From sequence record PP496438.1: a DNA stretch of 64,000 bases; one strand, written 5' to 3'. The notes beneath the pieces are model-generated. The model saw nothing but the letters and a program-made list of their open reading frames with translations, made no database searches and had not been told where the DNA came from. Made by a program: the position numbers and the translations under genes. Shown here piece by piece: positions 51,781 to 61,652 of the stretch (the stretch's first letter is position 1; each line of letters opens with the position of its first letter).

Positions 51781-54700
51781 GTGTTAATATCCAGAGCGTC
51801 ATTAGAGAAGTTTGATTTCGGAAGTCTGTTTGATGATCACGTCAACAACGTTGGCAAACCGTACAAGGTACAGTCAGTAAGATCAACGGATTGGTTCCAG
51901 TCCAAGGAACGTCTGCTGGTGATCATGGGTCGCCCCAACTACCGGGATGCCAAAGACGAAGTGCGCTGCATGATGGGCGCAGATGAAACCCGCATGGTGT
52001 TCGATAACCTGCTGGACTTGGCTGCGTCCAACGCTGAGGTTTATGCGAAGAAGGCGGGAATCAAGCTACGGTCCCGTAACAAGCACGCGATCATGGTCAC
52101 CAACTTCCAGATTGCTGACCTGAGTTCAGCGTCGGAGGAAACAGAGTCCATCGCCAACCACGCAGCGGCGAATCGCGTCTCCATGCTGATCCACGTGACC
52201 CGGCCCACCAAGGTATTGATCGTCGGGCTGTACGCCGAGTCGTACCTGATGGAACGCTCGGGCATCGAGTACCCGGCCAAGAAGCGCGGCAACCCGCATC
52301 AGGTTGAGTTCAAGGTTGAGTTCAAGCCCAACGAGAAAGAACTCAAGCGTATGCAGTCACTGGAAAAGATGCGATCCAAGGCGTTGGTACGGGAACTGGA
52401 GAGCAACGAGTACCACCCATGGGTCAACTTCTTTCTTGAGGAAGTGGCGCACGAAGGTGCCAAGCTGGCTGACTTCGCCAAGAAGGGTGGAACCTACTCG
52501 CTGAGCAACACGGTCCAGACGTTCTCCACCATCGACTATGACCGGGCGTTCACCAGTGGTTCCGGCGAGAGCGACCTCGATGATGACGCGGTGGTAGAAG
52601 CCAACCTGCTCGGGTACGTGAGCCGGAACATCGCTAACTGCCTGCTGGGCTGCAATCCATTCAGCCTGCGTCATCTGTTCAGTGAGAAGCAACCGTCCGG
52701 GCCAAAGGGTAAGCCTACGATTCAGTGCCACTATGTCGATACGCTGAAGAAGTTCGACACCCTGTGGGATAAAGTGATGGAAGCGGACCTGGTGTCCCTC
52801 GACGTTGAGACGACCGGCTTCTACCCGCACACTAACCGGTTGCTGTCACTTCAGGTAGCCACTCGTAAGGAGGAAGGTTTCTTCGTCCCGCTCTATCACA
52901 AGGACACCCCGTTCACCAAGAAGGAACTGGAGCACATCCGTCTGCGCGTCAAAGCGTTGCTGGAACTCAAGGTTACCTATCACAAGAACCAGCGCCGCAA
53001 GCGCATGATGCTCGGCCAGAACTTCGGCTTCGACAAGAAGTGGCTGATGCACTGGTGCGACGTACGCTATCTGTACTGGCCGGTGTGGGACACTATCGCC
53101 GGTGAGTTCTGCCTCGACGACAACCTCAAGGGTCTGGTGGGTAAAGCCCTCGGCTACAAGTACACCCCGTTCTCGTTGGACTCCATTGTGGCGTCGTACG
53201 AGAACTACCACTATTTGGAATCGGAGTTCGGTAAGGAAGATCGGACGACCATTGAACATGTCAAGTTTGGTCCAGGTGAACCAGTGGTAACCTATGGTTG
53301 CATGGACGTTGTCTTCCCCATCGCCGCCATGGAACAGCAACTGAACCGTGCAGAGTGTGAGCACTGGCCGACCGGTAACTACCGAGACACAATGTTCAAC
53401 TTCATGCTGGCCCAGATGTCAAACATGATCAAGGTGCAGTCGGGTATGTCGCACCGAGGCATCATGATGGACCAAGGTTACATGGAGTTCCAGCTGAGCG
53501 AAGAAGGTGTGTTTGCCAAGGACGTGGAACGCCTGACCCGCGAGTTGTACGCGTCCAAGAACGTGAAGAAAGCATCCGAGATGCTCAGGGGAAAGAAAGG
53601 TATTCCTCAAGGTTCCCTGTTCGGTAATGCGGGTGGTGACGCTGCGGGCTTCAACCACGCCAAGCAGGAACACTTGGAGATCCTCTTCTTCGACGTGCTC
53701 AAGCTGGCACCGGTCAACGTCAAGAAGGAGACCGATAAGCGCTCGCTGGACGATGACTTCAAGAAGGCGTACAAAGCCGTACCAGAGGTTGCGTGCTGGG
53801 CGCAGATGGGTAAGATGCAGCGGTTGCTCGATACGTTCATTCGCGCCATCTATAACCACATGAACAACGACCCAGACTATTCGGTGCACAACAGGCTCCA
53901 TCCCGGCTACGGGTTCAAGGAGGTTGTGACCGGTCGATCCAACAGTAGCAAGCCGTCGCTCCAGCAGATCCCGGTGCACAGTGCCGAGGCCAAGTACGTC
54001 AAGCGGCAGTTCGTGGCCCCGATGTGGACCTTGTTCGATGACGCTGACTATAGCTCTCACGAGGTTCGCTGCGCGGGTATCACGGCGTTCGACGAAGCTT
54101 CATGCTCGGGCTTCCGCAAGATTCACAACATCGTACTGGATCACAGGCTGTATCCATCGAAGGACAACAAGATCGTCCTGCTCACGGCGGGCGACAGCCA
54201 CAAGCAGAACTACTCCCGCTTCACCGGTCTGGATATCAAGGAATGGATCACCTTCGACTTGACCGAGGAAGGCAAGAAGAAGGCAAAGGCACTGCGACAA
54301 ATCGCCAAGACCATCGTGTTCGGTGCGATCTATGGTAAGTCGGCACCCTCGCTGGCCGCAGAGCTGGGTATCAGCGTCGAGGAAGCAGAAGAGCTGCTGT
54401 TCAACTTCTTCAAGGAGTTCGCGGACCTCAAGGACTGGCTGGAATGGACCAAAGACTATTCCAACAAGCACTTGTACACCTTCGGCCCCCACGGTCGCAA
54501 GCGCCGTCTGTTCGGCTACATCACCGGCATCAAGCGTACCCAGTCTGCGATGGAACGTCGTGCGCAGAACTCGCCAATTCAAGGCTTCGCATCGGACGTT
54601 ATGTTCGACGCCGCTGAGATGTATGCGCAAAAGCAGCATGAGGTGTACGCACTGATCGAAGCCAACCGTAGCCTGCGCAAGATGCTGAGCAAGGAGCTGG

Positions 54701-55182
54701 AGATTGTCAATCAGTTCCCGACCGGCGCCAACGTTCTGGTGCACGACTCCAGCAAGTCAGAGTCGCCGTTCAACTTCCTGCTGATGAACATGCACATCAA
54801 AGAGTGGTGTATGACCACCGGCGTCCAGACCTATCTTGAGTCCAACTTTGACATGCAGTTCTTGACCCCGTTCGGTATCGACTTCGACATCGGCGCATCG
54901 TGGGCAGACATGGAAGGATGGGACTTCAACCCGACCACCCTGATCGGACCTCAGCCCAAGGACAAAGACGGCAAGCCGGGGATGGGCATCATCGAGACGG
55001 CACTGGAGAACAGCCAGAAGATTCACAACTACTCGTTCAACACCGACAAGGTGGCGCAGGGTATGTTCAACTCTTACCACATGCTGCGAGACGAGCTGAA
55101 GCTGGATGAACTCTTCCCGTTGAACATGAAGTATTGCGTGGACAAGGACTGGCAGGTGCCTACTCCGAAACTTCCAAAGTGA
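51781..55182 (+). CDS. polA: Family A DNA polymerase with 3'-5' exonuclease and N-terminal UDG-like domain
   Basis: Probable GTG start at 51781 (RBS GAGGG). Exo DVETTG/NFGFD/YGCMDV; TGRSNSSKPSLQQIP; DADYSSHEVR (A); KTIVFGAIYG (B); LVHDS (C). N-terminal RPTKVLIVG..A..L resembles UDG family 4. Confidence 0.93.
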   Translation: MLISRASLEKFDFGSLFDDHVNNVGKPYKVQSVRSTDWFQSKERLLVIMGRPNYRDAKDEVRCMMGADETRMVFDNLLDLAASNAEVYAKKAGIKLRSRNKHAIMVTNFQIADLSSASEETESIANHAAANRVSMLIHVTRPTKVLIVGLYAESYLMERSGIEYPAKKRGNPHQVEFKVEFKPNEKELKRMQSLEKMRSKALVRELESNEYHPWVNFFLEEVAHEGAKLADFAKKGGTYSLSNTVQTFSTIDYDRAFTSGSGESDLDDDAVVEANLLGYVSRNIANCLLGCNPFSLRHLFSEKQPSGPKGKPTIQCHYVDTLKKFDTLWDKVMEADLVSLDVETTGFYPHTNRLLSLQVATRKEEGFFVPLYHKDTPFTKKELEHIRLRVKALLELKVTYHKNQRRKRMMLGQNFGFDKKWLMHWCDVRYLYWPVWDTIAGEFCLDDNLKGLVGKALGYKYTPFSLDSIVASYENYHYLESEFGKEDRTTIEHVKFGPGEPVVTYGCMDVVFPIAAMEQQLNRAECEHWPTGNYRDTMFNFMLAQMSNMIKVQSGMSHRGIMMDQGYMEFQLSEEGVFAKDVERLTRELYASKNVKKASEMLRGKKGIPQGSLFGNAGGDAAGFNHAKQEHLEILFFDVLKLAPVNVKKETDKRSLDDDFKKAYKAVPEVACWAQMGKMQRLLDTFIRAIYNHMNNDPDYSVHNRLHPGYGFKEVVTGRSNSSKPSLQQIPVHSAEAKYVKRQFVAPMWTLFDDADYSSHEVRCAGITAFDEASCSGFRKIHNIVLDHRLYPSKDNKIVLLTAGDSHKQNYSRFTGLDIKEWITFDLTEEGKKKAKALRQIAKTIVFGAIYGKSAPSLAAELGISVEEAEELLFNFFKEFADLKDWLEWTKDYSNKHLYTFGPHGRKRRLFGYITGIKRTQSAMERRAQNSPIQGFASDVMFDAAEMYAQKQHEVYALIEANRSLRKMLSKELEIVNQFPTGANVLVHDSSKSESPFNFLLMNMHIKEWCMTTGVQTYLESNFDMQFLTPFGIDFDIGASWADMEGWDFNPTTLIGPQPKDKDGKPGMGIIETALENSQKIHNYSFNTDKVAQGMFNSYHMLRDELKLDELFPLNMKYCVDKDWQVPTPKLPK

Positions 55183-55189
55183 GACAACC

Positions 55190-55441
55190 ATGACTCAGAT
55201 TACCAAGATGGACTTCGAGCAGGACCTGCTGCTGTTCTACGATTTCGTCAAGACAACACAGGACAGCGAAAGCGCGTCTTCCGTATGGGACAGTTTCCGT
55301 TACGCCTACCTTCGTCTACTCATCCTGAAGGGTATGACACTGCCACCGGCCACGAACTGGACCGAGCAAGGTATCGACAGCGCAGTTGACCTGCAGCTGG
55401 AACGAATACTCGGCGTGTACCGACCCGCGAAGGAGGCGTGA
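55190..55441 (+). CDS. Hypothetical protein (83 aa)
   Basis: Co-oriented after polA. Confidence 0.6.
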   Translation: MTQITKMDFEQDLLLFYDFVKTTQDSESASSVWDSFRYAYLRLLILKGMTLPPATNWTEQGIDSAVDLQLERILGVYRPAKEA

Positions 55442-55445
55442 CGCC

Positions 55446-55772
55446 ATGATAGGTAACGGTCAAGCCTTTAACGTAAGTCAGGAACTGAAAGACGCTACCG
55501 CTGAATATAAAGAGTACCAGCAGCTAGAGACTACAGAGTGGGTACGAAGCAAGTGGATAGAGATGCGTTACGAGTTCCTCAAGGCACAATCCAAGTGCGA
55601 AGGGGAGGCATTAATTACAGAGGTAACTCCGAATACTCGAATGCATCGGGGTTCCAATTTCTGGTACGACTTGAAGATGCGAGTCCCCGCCGCAACTGTT
55701 TCCGAAAGCTTCGATGATGCTGTAGACTTGTGGCTGGAAACGCTGCTAGACGTCAAGCGACCGGGTAAATAG
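55446..55772 (+). CDS. Hypothetical protein (108 aa)
   Basis: Start moved to 55446 (RBS GGAGG); shares W...R..F/Y and F/IDSAVDL motifs with 55190-55441. Confidence 0.6.
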   Translation: MIGNGQAFNVSQELKDATAEYKEYQQLETTEWVRSKWIEMRYEFLKAQSKCEGEALITEVTPNTRMHRGSNFWYDLKMRVPAATVSESFDDAVDLWLETLLDVKRPGK

Positions 55773-55777
55773 CCGGT
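55765..55777 (+). promoter_or_regulatory. GTAAATAGCCGGT element before queE
   Basis: 46 nt upstream of 55811; identical to 26850-26862. Confidence 0.55.
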
Positions 55778-55810
55778 GACTAACTACGTATCTATAGGGA
55801 TACCGCAAAC

Positions 55811-56782
55811 ATGAAAGATATGCGCTATACCGAACTGTTCTATTCCCTCCAAGGTGAGGGGTTGCGCGTTGGAGTGCCGTCGGTATTCTTCCGCATGTTC
55901 GGTTGCAACTTCGAGTGCAAGGGGTTCTCCAATCCTGAAATGAAAGATCCCAACGTGATCCCAGCACTTAATCTGCTGTCGATCAACGAAGCTGACCTGG
56001 AGCTGGGTTGTGACTCTCGTTACAGCTGGCACAAGGACTATCGCAACCTGGCCGTCAAAGCCCCGCCTCACGAGGTAGCCAACACCCTGCTCGACTTCAC
56101 GAAAGAGAAGCACTTGGCGGCGGTGGCTCGCTGGCCCAAGCGCAACCATGCAGGCAATGTCATCCGCTTGATCGCCGGTCAGCCCACAGGTGAAATACTC
56201 CAGATTGCTACGCTGGCGCACGTGCCTGACTGGGTCTTCACCGGTGGTGAACCGTTCATGCAGCAAGAGCAACTTGAAGCCCTGCTGCGGCACACCATGT
56301 ACGTGGTGGAGGAAGAACAGGTTGACTTCGGCGGCGTCGGGCTTCCTATGTTGACCTTCGAAACTAACGCCAGCATCAAGATGCGTGACTCTATGGTTAG
56401 CTGCCTGAGTGAGTACAATGACAGCTTCGGTGACCTGCACTTCTCCAACAGCCCCAAGCTGTCGTTCACCGGAGAGCATCGCAGTGCGGCGCTCAAGCCC
56501 GAAGTTATCGGCCAGCAAGAGCAAACGGGTGGATCCAGTTCTTTCAAGTTCGTGGTACGCCCCGCACGTGAAGACTTCGATGAGCTGATGGAGTTCATGC
56601 AAGAGTACATGTCGTACACCGGATCGGGCAATCTGGAAGGCATTTACGTCATGCCGGTCGGTGCCAGCCTACATCAACAGCAGGCCATCGCCACACAGGT
56701 TGCCGAGCTGGCACTGGAATACGGCCTGTCCTACAGCCCCCGACTCCAGTGTGACCTGTGGGCCAACAAGATAGGGACGTGA
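55811..56782 (+). CDS. queE: 7-carboxy-7-deazaguanine synthase (radical SAM)
   Basis: ELFYSLQGEG..GVPSVFFRMFGCNFEC...CDS..SW, FTGGEP, FETN, SNSPKL, KFVV, YVMPVG, SPRLQ. Confidence 0.88.
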   Translation: MKDMRYTELFYSLQGEGLRVGVPSVFFRMFGCNFECKGFSNPEMKDPNVIPALNLLSINEADLELGCDSRYSWHKDYRNLAVKAPPHEVANTLLDFTKEKHLAAVARWPKRNHAGNVIRLIAGQPTGEILQIATLAHVPDWVFTGGEPFMQQEQLEALLRHTMYVVEEEQVDFGGVGLPMLTFETNASIKMRDSMVSCLSEYNDSFGDLHFSNSPKLSFTGEHRSAALKPEVIGQQEQTGGSSSFKFVVRPAREDFDELMEFMQEYMSYTGSGNLEGIYVMPVGASLHQQQAIATQVAELALEYGLSYSPRLQCDLWANKIGT

Positions 56783-56784
56783 TC

Positions 56785-57126
56785 ATGGATTCCTTTCAAG
56801 AGTGGTTCATTTACGACGTGATGTTTTGGGTGACGACAGGTGCCATGTTACTCGTTGCCTTGATGAGCTTACTGGTGACACTGGTACTGGTCAAGATGGA
56901 CCAGCGCATGGTAAATAAAGGTTACTGGAGTGCACCCCAAAATCGGGGTGATCCGGCCTTCCTGTGGTTCCACATAACCATGACCGTGATCTTCTTTCTC
57001 CTTGTCATCACGGACCTCATAAACGCCAGACTGTTCACTATCATCGGAACCCTTGGGTACTGCGCTATCTCTATATACGCGCTGATCCTCAGGTTCCCCA
57101 CAACTACCAACAAGGACACCCCGTAA
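56785..57126 (+). CDS. Three-TM membrane protein
   Basis: Start moved to 56785; three hydrophobic segments. Confidence 0.65.
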   Translation: MDSFQEWFIYDVMFWVTTGAMLLVALMSLLVTLVLVKMDQRMVNKGYWSAPQNRGDPAFLWFHITMTVIFFLLVITDLINARLFTIIGTLGYCAISIYALILRFPTTTNKDTP

Positions 57127-58349
57127 TGACGATCAAAGACCGTAACCGCCGAGAGAAACGTAGCAAGCGCGACAGCCGACTGGTCAAGTCTGTCAAGTCC
57201 CGTACCTCCAGCTGGAAGTTGCACATCAACCCCGGAACACTGGTCAAGAGCATGCAGAACGCCCTGACCATGACCAAGAGCGAGCACGTGCTGCTGACTG
57301 TCGAGACGTCGCCGGAGGGTAACGCCCAGATAGTAATCGTCGCCACGGGTAACGACGTGCAGTTCAAGCAGGTAGTGGTCGGCACCATCGATCAACTGGG
57401 TCCAGAGCCGGGGCTGGGGCTGGACGTCAATGTTCTTACCGGTATCGCCCGTGGCCGGAAAGAGATGTGCCTGTTTACCGAGCCAGATGACACCCGCATC
57501 CACTTCTCGTCGAAGGGCGCCAATGGCCGTGCCTACTCCGGAGATGTGTGTTCGGTCCCTGATATAGCCTTCGCCGTGGACAGCATCGCCCCGAGTAAAG
57601 ACGATGTGATCCTCGATCAGAGCATCCGTACCGCGCTACAGACGGCCGTCAACCGTGTGGGACTGACCGACGTGGTGGAAGGCAAGGAACTCGACCTGTG
57701 GGTACAAGCCAACATGAAGGGCTTGACCGTGGCGTGCTTCGACACTCTGCACGTAGCAACCCTGCATTTCTCCGAACTCAAGGTGAAGCGCGACTTCAAC
57801 CTGAACTTGCCGCTGTCCACGTTCACCACCATTCAAGGCCTGACCGAGAGCGGTGAGTTCACCATCGGCATTGCAGACAACACCATCACGGCGTACAGTG
57901 ATGAGTTTTTCGTGAGCATGCCGTTGCTGCAAGAGACAGCACGTACCCAATCGCTGGCCGACGTACTAGGTCTGCTGCAAACCATCGCTAGCAATGGCAG
58001 CCCGGAGGCCAGCTTCACGTGTTCGGTAGAAGATCTGAACACTGCGCTCGGTTCAACCAATGCGGTCTTCGAAACGGGCGCCAAAACTCGACTGACTATC
58101 GAGAAGAAGACCGGGGTAACGATCAACATCAAGACCAGCTACGGTCAAGTAAATGATCAAGTGGCGAACGACAACTTCACAGGCAGCGGCGAGTTCGTAA
58201 TCTCGCAACCGTTGCTGGAAGATATTCTGCGGGTGTACAGCGACGACAAGATCACCATCAAGTTGTACAACAAGCCGGCCTCGCTGCTGTCGGCCACCGG
58301 TAAGGTAAAGGACTATACCTATACCTACATCGCGCTGTTGATGGATTGA
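57126..58349 (+). CDS. dnaN: DNA polymerase III beta-type sliding clamp
   Basis: Start moved to 57126. Three repeated ~120-aa modules; IVIVATGNDVQF and LTVACFDTLHVA correspond to DnaN ATD motifs. Confidence 0.7.
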   Translation: MTIKDRNRREKRSKRDSRLVKSVKSRTSSWKLHINPGTLVKSMQNALTMTKSEHVLLTVETSPEGNAQIVIVATGNDVQFKQVVVGTIDQLGPEPGLGLDVNVLTGIARGRKEMCLFTEPDDTRIHFSSKGANGRAYSGDVCSVPDIAFAVDSIAPSKDDVILDQSIRTALQTAVNRVGLTDVVEGKELDLWVQANMKGLTVACFDTLHVATLHFSELKVKRDFNLNLPLSTFTTIQGLTESGEFTIGIADNTITAYSDEFFVSMPLLQETARTQSLADVLGLLQTIASNGSPEASFTCSVEDLNTALGSTNAVFETGAKTRLTIEKKTGVTINIKTSYGQVNDQVANDNFTGSGEFVISQPLLEDILRVYSDDKITIKLYNKPASLLSATGKVKDYTYTYIALLMD

Positions 58350-58738
58350 TGAAACCCTCGGACATCAAGCACATACCGTTGCACACGTTCGTCAAGGTGG
58401 GAGTGGCCGAATATCTGTTCCTGAACCGCAGCGCAGTTTCAGGTATCAAGCTGACCACCACCAAGATGGCGTTGGATGAGATTCCGAGCATCCATGTCCA
58501 CGAGATCACCATGGGTAAAGACGGCATCCACGTGGGGTATCTGTTCAAGACACCCAAGCGGGTTGCTCACTCGGCGAAGTCGCTGATCTTTGCCCCGGCT
58601 ATTTCCATAGATGCAGCCAAGCGATGTGAGGCTGTGTTCCAAGAATTCTTTGTCGGCTTAGACTGCTGGGTGACCTCCGAAGGGGGTACGTTGTTCAACG
58701 CCCAGAAGTACGACGCTTCATTACTCAAACCATTATAA
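58349..58738 (+). CDS. Hypothetical protein (129 aa)
   Basis: 1-nt overlap with dnaN stop. Confidence 0.6.
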   Translation: MKPSDIKHIPLHTFVKVGVAEYLFLNRSAVSGIKLTTTKMALDEIPSIHVHEITMGKDGIHVGYLFKTPKRVAHSAKSLIFAPAISIDAAKRCEAVFQEFFVGLDCWVTSEGGTLFNAQKYDASLLKPL

Positions 58739-58747
58739 GGGCCTACC

Positions 58748-59470
58748 ATGGCTATTGATGCAGAGAAGTACCCACTGCTGGCGGCAGTGCAGAAAGATAT
58801 AACCGAGAGTGGCAAGCGTTGTTTTGCCAATGATAACATCTCGGAGTTCCTTCATTTTCAAGGTGAAAGGAATGATGCCACCTTCGCAGAGATGAAAGCG
58901 GCAGTTGAAGAAAAGTACGGTGAACTGCTGGAACTTCTTCTGATCAACTGGGGTGCTGACCATAACTCCGAAGATACCCCGCGGCGTGTTGCCAAGATGC
59001 TGGTCGAGGAGACCTACATGGGTCGGTACGAGCCTACGCCGACGATTACGTCGTTCCCCAACGACAGCGGGCGTACTCAGATGAACGTGATCGGTCCGCT
59101 GCGTGTTGAGAGCCAGTGCAGTCACCACCACCAGAACATCCGGGGTTGGGCATGGGTCGGTGTGATGCCCTCCGAAGAAGGAAAGCTGATTGGTCTGAGC
59201 AAGTTCAGCCGACTGCTGGATCACATCTGCCGTCGTCCTCAAATCCAAGAGGAAATGGTTGCTCAGGTTACGCATGCGCTAAACGAACTGGTAGAGGGTA
59301 ACCTTGGTGTTGCTGTGGTGATCAATGCAGAACACCAGTGCATGGCCGTTCGTGGTGTGAAAGAGCCGTGTGCTCAGACCGTCACGTCGGAGATGATCGG
59401 TGCGTTCCTCGAACCTGGTGTTCGTCAGGAGTTCCTGACCTACGTGCAAATGAACCCAGCTCCATGCTAA
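58748..59470 (+). CDS. folE: GTP cyclohydrolase I
   Basis: DTPRRVAKM, SQCSHHH, IGLSKFSR, RRPQIQE, AEHQCMAVRGV. Confidence 0.95.
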   Translation: MAIDAEKYPLLAAVQKDITESGKRCFANDNISEFLHFQGERNDATFAEMKAAVEEKYGELLELLLINWGADHNSEDTPRRVAKMLVEETYMGRYEPTPTITSFPNDSGRTQMNVIGPLRVESQCSHHHQNIRGWAWVGVMPSEEGKLIGLSKFSRLLDHICRRPQIQEEMVAQVTHALNELVEGNLGVAVVINAEHQCMAVRGVKEPCAQTVTSEMIGAFLEPGVRQEFLTYVQMNPAPC

Positions 59471-59479
59471 GGTGACATC

Positions 59480-60061
59480 ATGGCAGTCAAGTCCACACCA
59501 AAGAAACCGGAGAGGCCACCCAAGACGGATCGGGTAGCTCGGGGCTTCTCCTCCAAGACTGAAGATCCGTACAAGGATATCAACTACGTATCCCTTGGCA
59601 AGATCATGAAGTCAGTGCGTATCGACCCTGATAAGATGAAGGTGGAAATCCGTCGCATCCACAAGGATCGAAGCTCTCGCAAGCTGACCAGTATCAACGT
59701 GACAGGTGATGAACTGTCCACAACGGGACGCCGGGATAACTCTCGCCGGTCCCGGCTGGTGGAGATTGCCAGTGACTGCCGTGAAGCGCGCAACGAAGTG
59801 GCTAAGGCTTACGACGCCGTGCACATGCACATCGCAGTAACCTACGGCAAGACATACTTCACGGAGTTCAAGGCCATTGCATCGCTCAACTCTGCGGTGT
59901 ACAACATGGAGAACTTCGTGAAGGCAGCGGATCTGCTGGGAACGCTGGACTCGGTTATCCAGATGGCTACGTATGCCATCGAGGACATCGACAAGTCCGG
60001 CATGAACCTGACCATGGCATTGAAAGCGCTCGAACTGAAAGCGCGAGGGAAGGACTTCTAA
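59480..60061 (+). CDS. Hypothetical helical protein (position recalls T4 uvsY next to uvsW)
   Basis: Coiled-coil-like, immediately upstream of SF2 helicase; function inferred only from position. Confidence 0.55.
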   Translation: MAVKSTPKKPERPPKTDRVARGFSSKTEDPYKDINYVSLGKIMKSVRIDPDKMKVEIRRIHKDRSSRKLTSINVTGDELSTTGRRDNSRRSRLVEIASDCREARNEVAKAYDAVHMHIAVTYGKTYFTEFKAIASLNSAVYNMENFVKAADLLGTLDSVIQMATYAIEDIDKSGMNLTMALKALELKARGKDF

Positions 60062-61650
60062 TGAGGCGTACTCGGCGGCGGGTGTTCAAGCCGTTCATTG
60101 AGTGCAATGCCATCTGGCTGCCGAAAAGCCAGGTGTACATGAGCACCGTGAAGCGGCTCTTCACGTTGGAGCTGGAGGACAAGCAAGTCAAGTCCAAGAA
60201 GCGTGAAGACCGGATGTACGAAGTGCAGGTGTTCCGTACGAGGAACTGGCACGGGGAGGAGATCGTCGGCCTGCCACTGGGTGACAAGAAGCGTGTGCGT
60301 CAATGTCTGATGGACAAGCACGCGGTCAACGACGCGATAGACATGCGTCCGAAGTTCGACGATGTAAGAATCAAGGCGTGCTCAACCAGTATCGTGCTGC
60401 GGGACTACCAAGATCCCGCCGTTCGCACCTTCACGACAAAGGAAATGGTCAGCGGCGTACTACGTGCACGCCCTCGTTCCGGCAAAACGGTGATGGGTGT
60501 AGAGATCGCCATCCGTAACCGGGTGAAGACTCTGGTGCTGGTTCACCAGTCCGATCTGCTCAAGCAATTCAAGCGTGACACCTTCGACGCGTTGACTGCT
60601 GCGGGCATGCGCTCCAAGATCTGCAAAACGTGGAAAGACTTTCGGGAAACCGATTTCTGTCTGGCCACGTATCAGTCGTTCCTGAGTCCCGGCGGCAAGA
60701 AGCTACTGCGCCGGATCGCGAACATGTTCGGCCTCGTCCTGACCGATGAGATTCACCGAGCGGCGTCCAAGGAATACAACAACGTTCTCTGCCAGCTGAA
60801 CGCACTCCAGTACATCGGTCTGACCGGTACACCGGATCGTAAAGACGGCAAGTACGACATGATCAACGTGTGCGTAGGTCCTATTCGGATCACGTGCAAG
60901 GCTCCGGCGCTCAAGCCGAAAGTCCAGATGGTGTACACCGATCTTCCGCAGCGGCACTTCGGCGGTAACGGCTGGACCTACATGGTCAAGTACATCGCCA
61001 CCAACAAGGCTCGCAACGAACTGATCGCAGACCATGCGGTCCGGGATATGCTGGCAGGTCATCACGTGGTTATTCCGATCACCATGATCGAACACGGCAA
61101 CCTGTTGGAAGCGCTGATCAGCAAGAAATGGGAGGCCCTTGGCAAGCAATTGCCTGTGGCTGCGCGCTTCGATGGACGACTGCAAGGTAACAAGCGTGAC
61201 GCCGTGCTGGACGACATCCGAGACGGTAAATATGGTTGCACCATTGCCATGCGTTCGATGCTCACAGGCGTCAACGTTCCACGCTGGTCTATGATCTATA
61301 CGGTCATCCCTATTGCCAACGCTCCGACGTACACTCAGGAGGTAACCCGAGTCGGTACTCCAATGGAAGGTAAGAACCGTCCAGTGGTCAAGTGCTTCCT
61401 CGATACTGAGATGACTGCGTGCGTGGCGTGCTTCCGCAAGATGTTCTTCGCGGTCCTCAACATTCGGTCTGACTTCACCGTGTCGTACGGTGTTCTCAAG
61501 TACTTTCACATGTCCGGTCGCACGATTGAGCAGGTGGCGTCAACCCCGGCGTCCAGTGCCCGTGCCCCAAGCTATACCAGAAGCTCGCAGGCCATTACCC
61601 GGACAGCCACTGCTCGGGGTGGGAAGATGCGGGGCTTCGGTGGGAGATAG
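60061..61650 (+). CDS. Superfamily 2 DExH helicase (UvsW/XPB-like)
   Basis: LRDYQ, ARPRSGKT, LTDEIH, GLTGTPDRKDG, GVNVPRW, QEVTRV. Confidence 0.88.
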   Translation: MRRTRRRVFKPFIECNAIWLPKSQVYMSTVKRLFTLELEDKQVKSKKREDRMYEVQVFRTRNWHGEEIVGLPLGDKKRVRQCLMDKHAVNDAIDMRPKFDDVRIKACSTSIVLRDYQDPAVRTFTTKEMVSGVLRARPRSGKTVMGVEIAIRNRVKTLVLVHQSDLLKQFKRDTFDALTAAGMRSKICKTWKDFRETDFCLATYQSFLSPGGKKLLRRIANMFGLVLTDEIHRAASKEYNNVLCQLNALQYIGLTGTPDRKDGKYDMINVCVGPIRITCKAPALKPKVQMVYTDLPQRHFGGNGWTYMVKYIATNKARNELIADHAVRDMLAGHHVVIPITMIEHGNLLEALISKKWEALGKQLPVAARFDGRLQGNKRDAVLDDIRDGKYGCTIAMRSMLTGVNVPRWSMIYTVIPIANAPTYTQEVTRVGTPMEGKNRPVVKCFLDTEMTACVACFRKMFFAVLNIRSDFTVSYGVLKYFHMSGRTIEQVASTPASSARAPSYTRSSQAITRTATARGGKMRGFGGR

Positions 61651-61652
61651 TT

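Noticed and set aside
51747-51815. 22-codon upstream ORF (MKVPVFEEG...) overlapping the polA start, possible frameshift or leader
   Set aside because: No RBS; an in-frame GTG at 51781 with GAGGG explains polA initiation
4938-57125. Several upstream-extended starts in the ORF track (4985, 5207, 30084, 45884, 48409, 56964)
   Set aside because: Extensions overlap neighbouring genes or promoters; downstream ATGs have good RBSs
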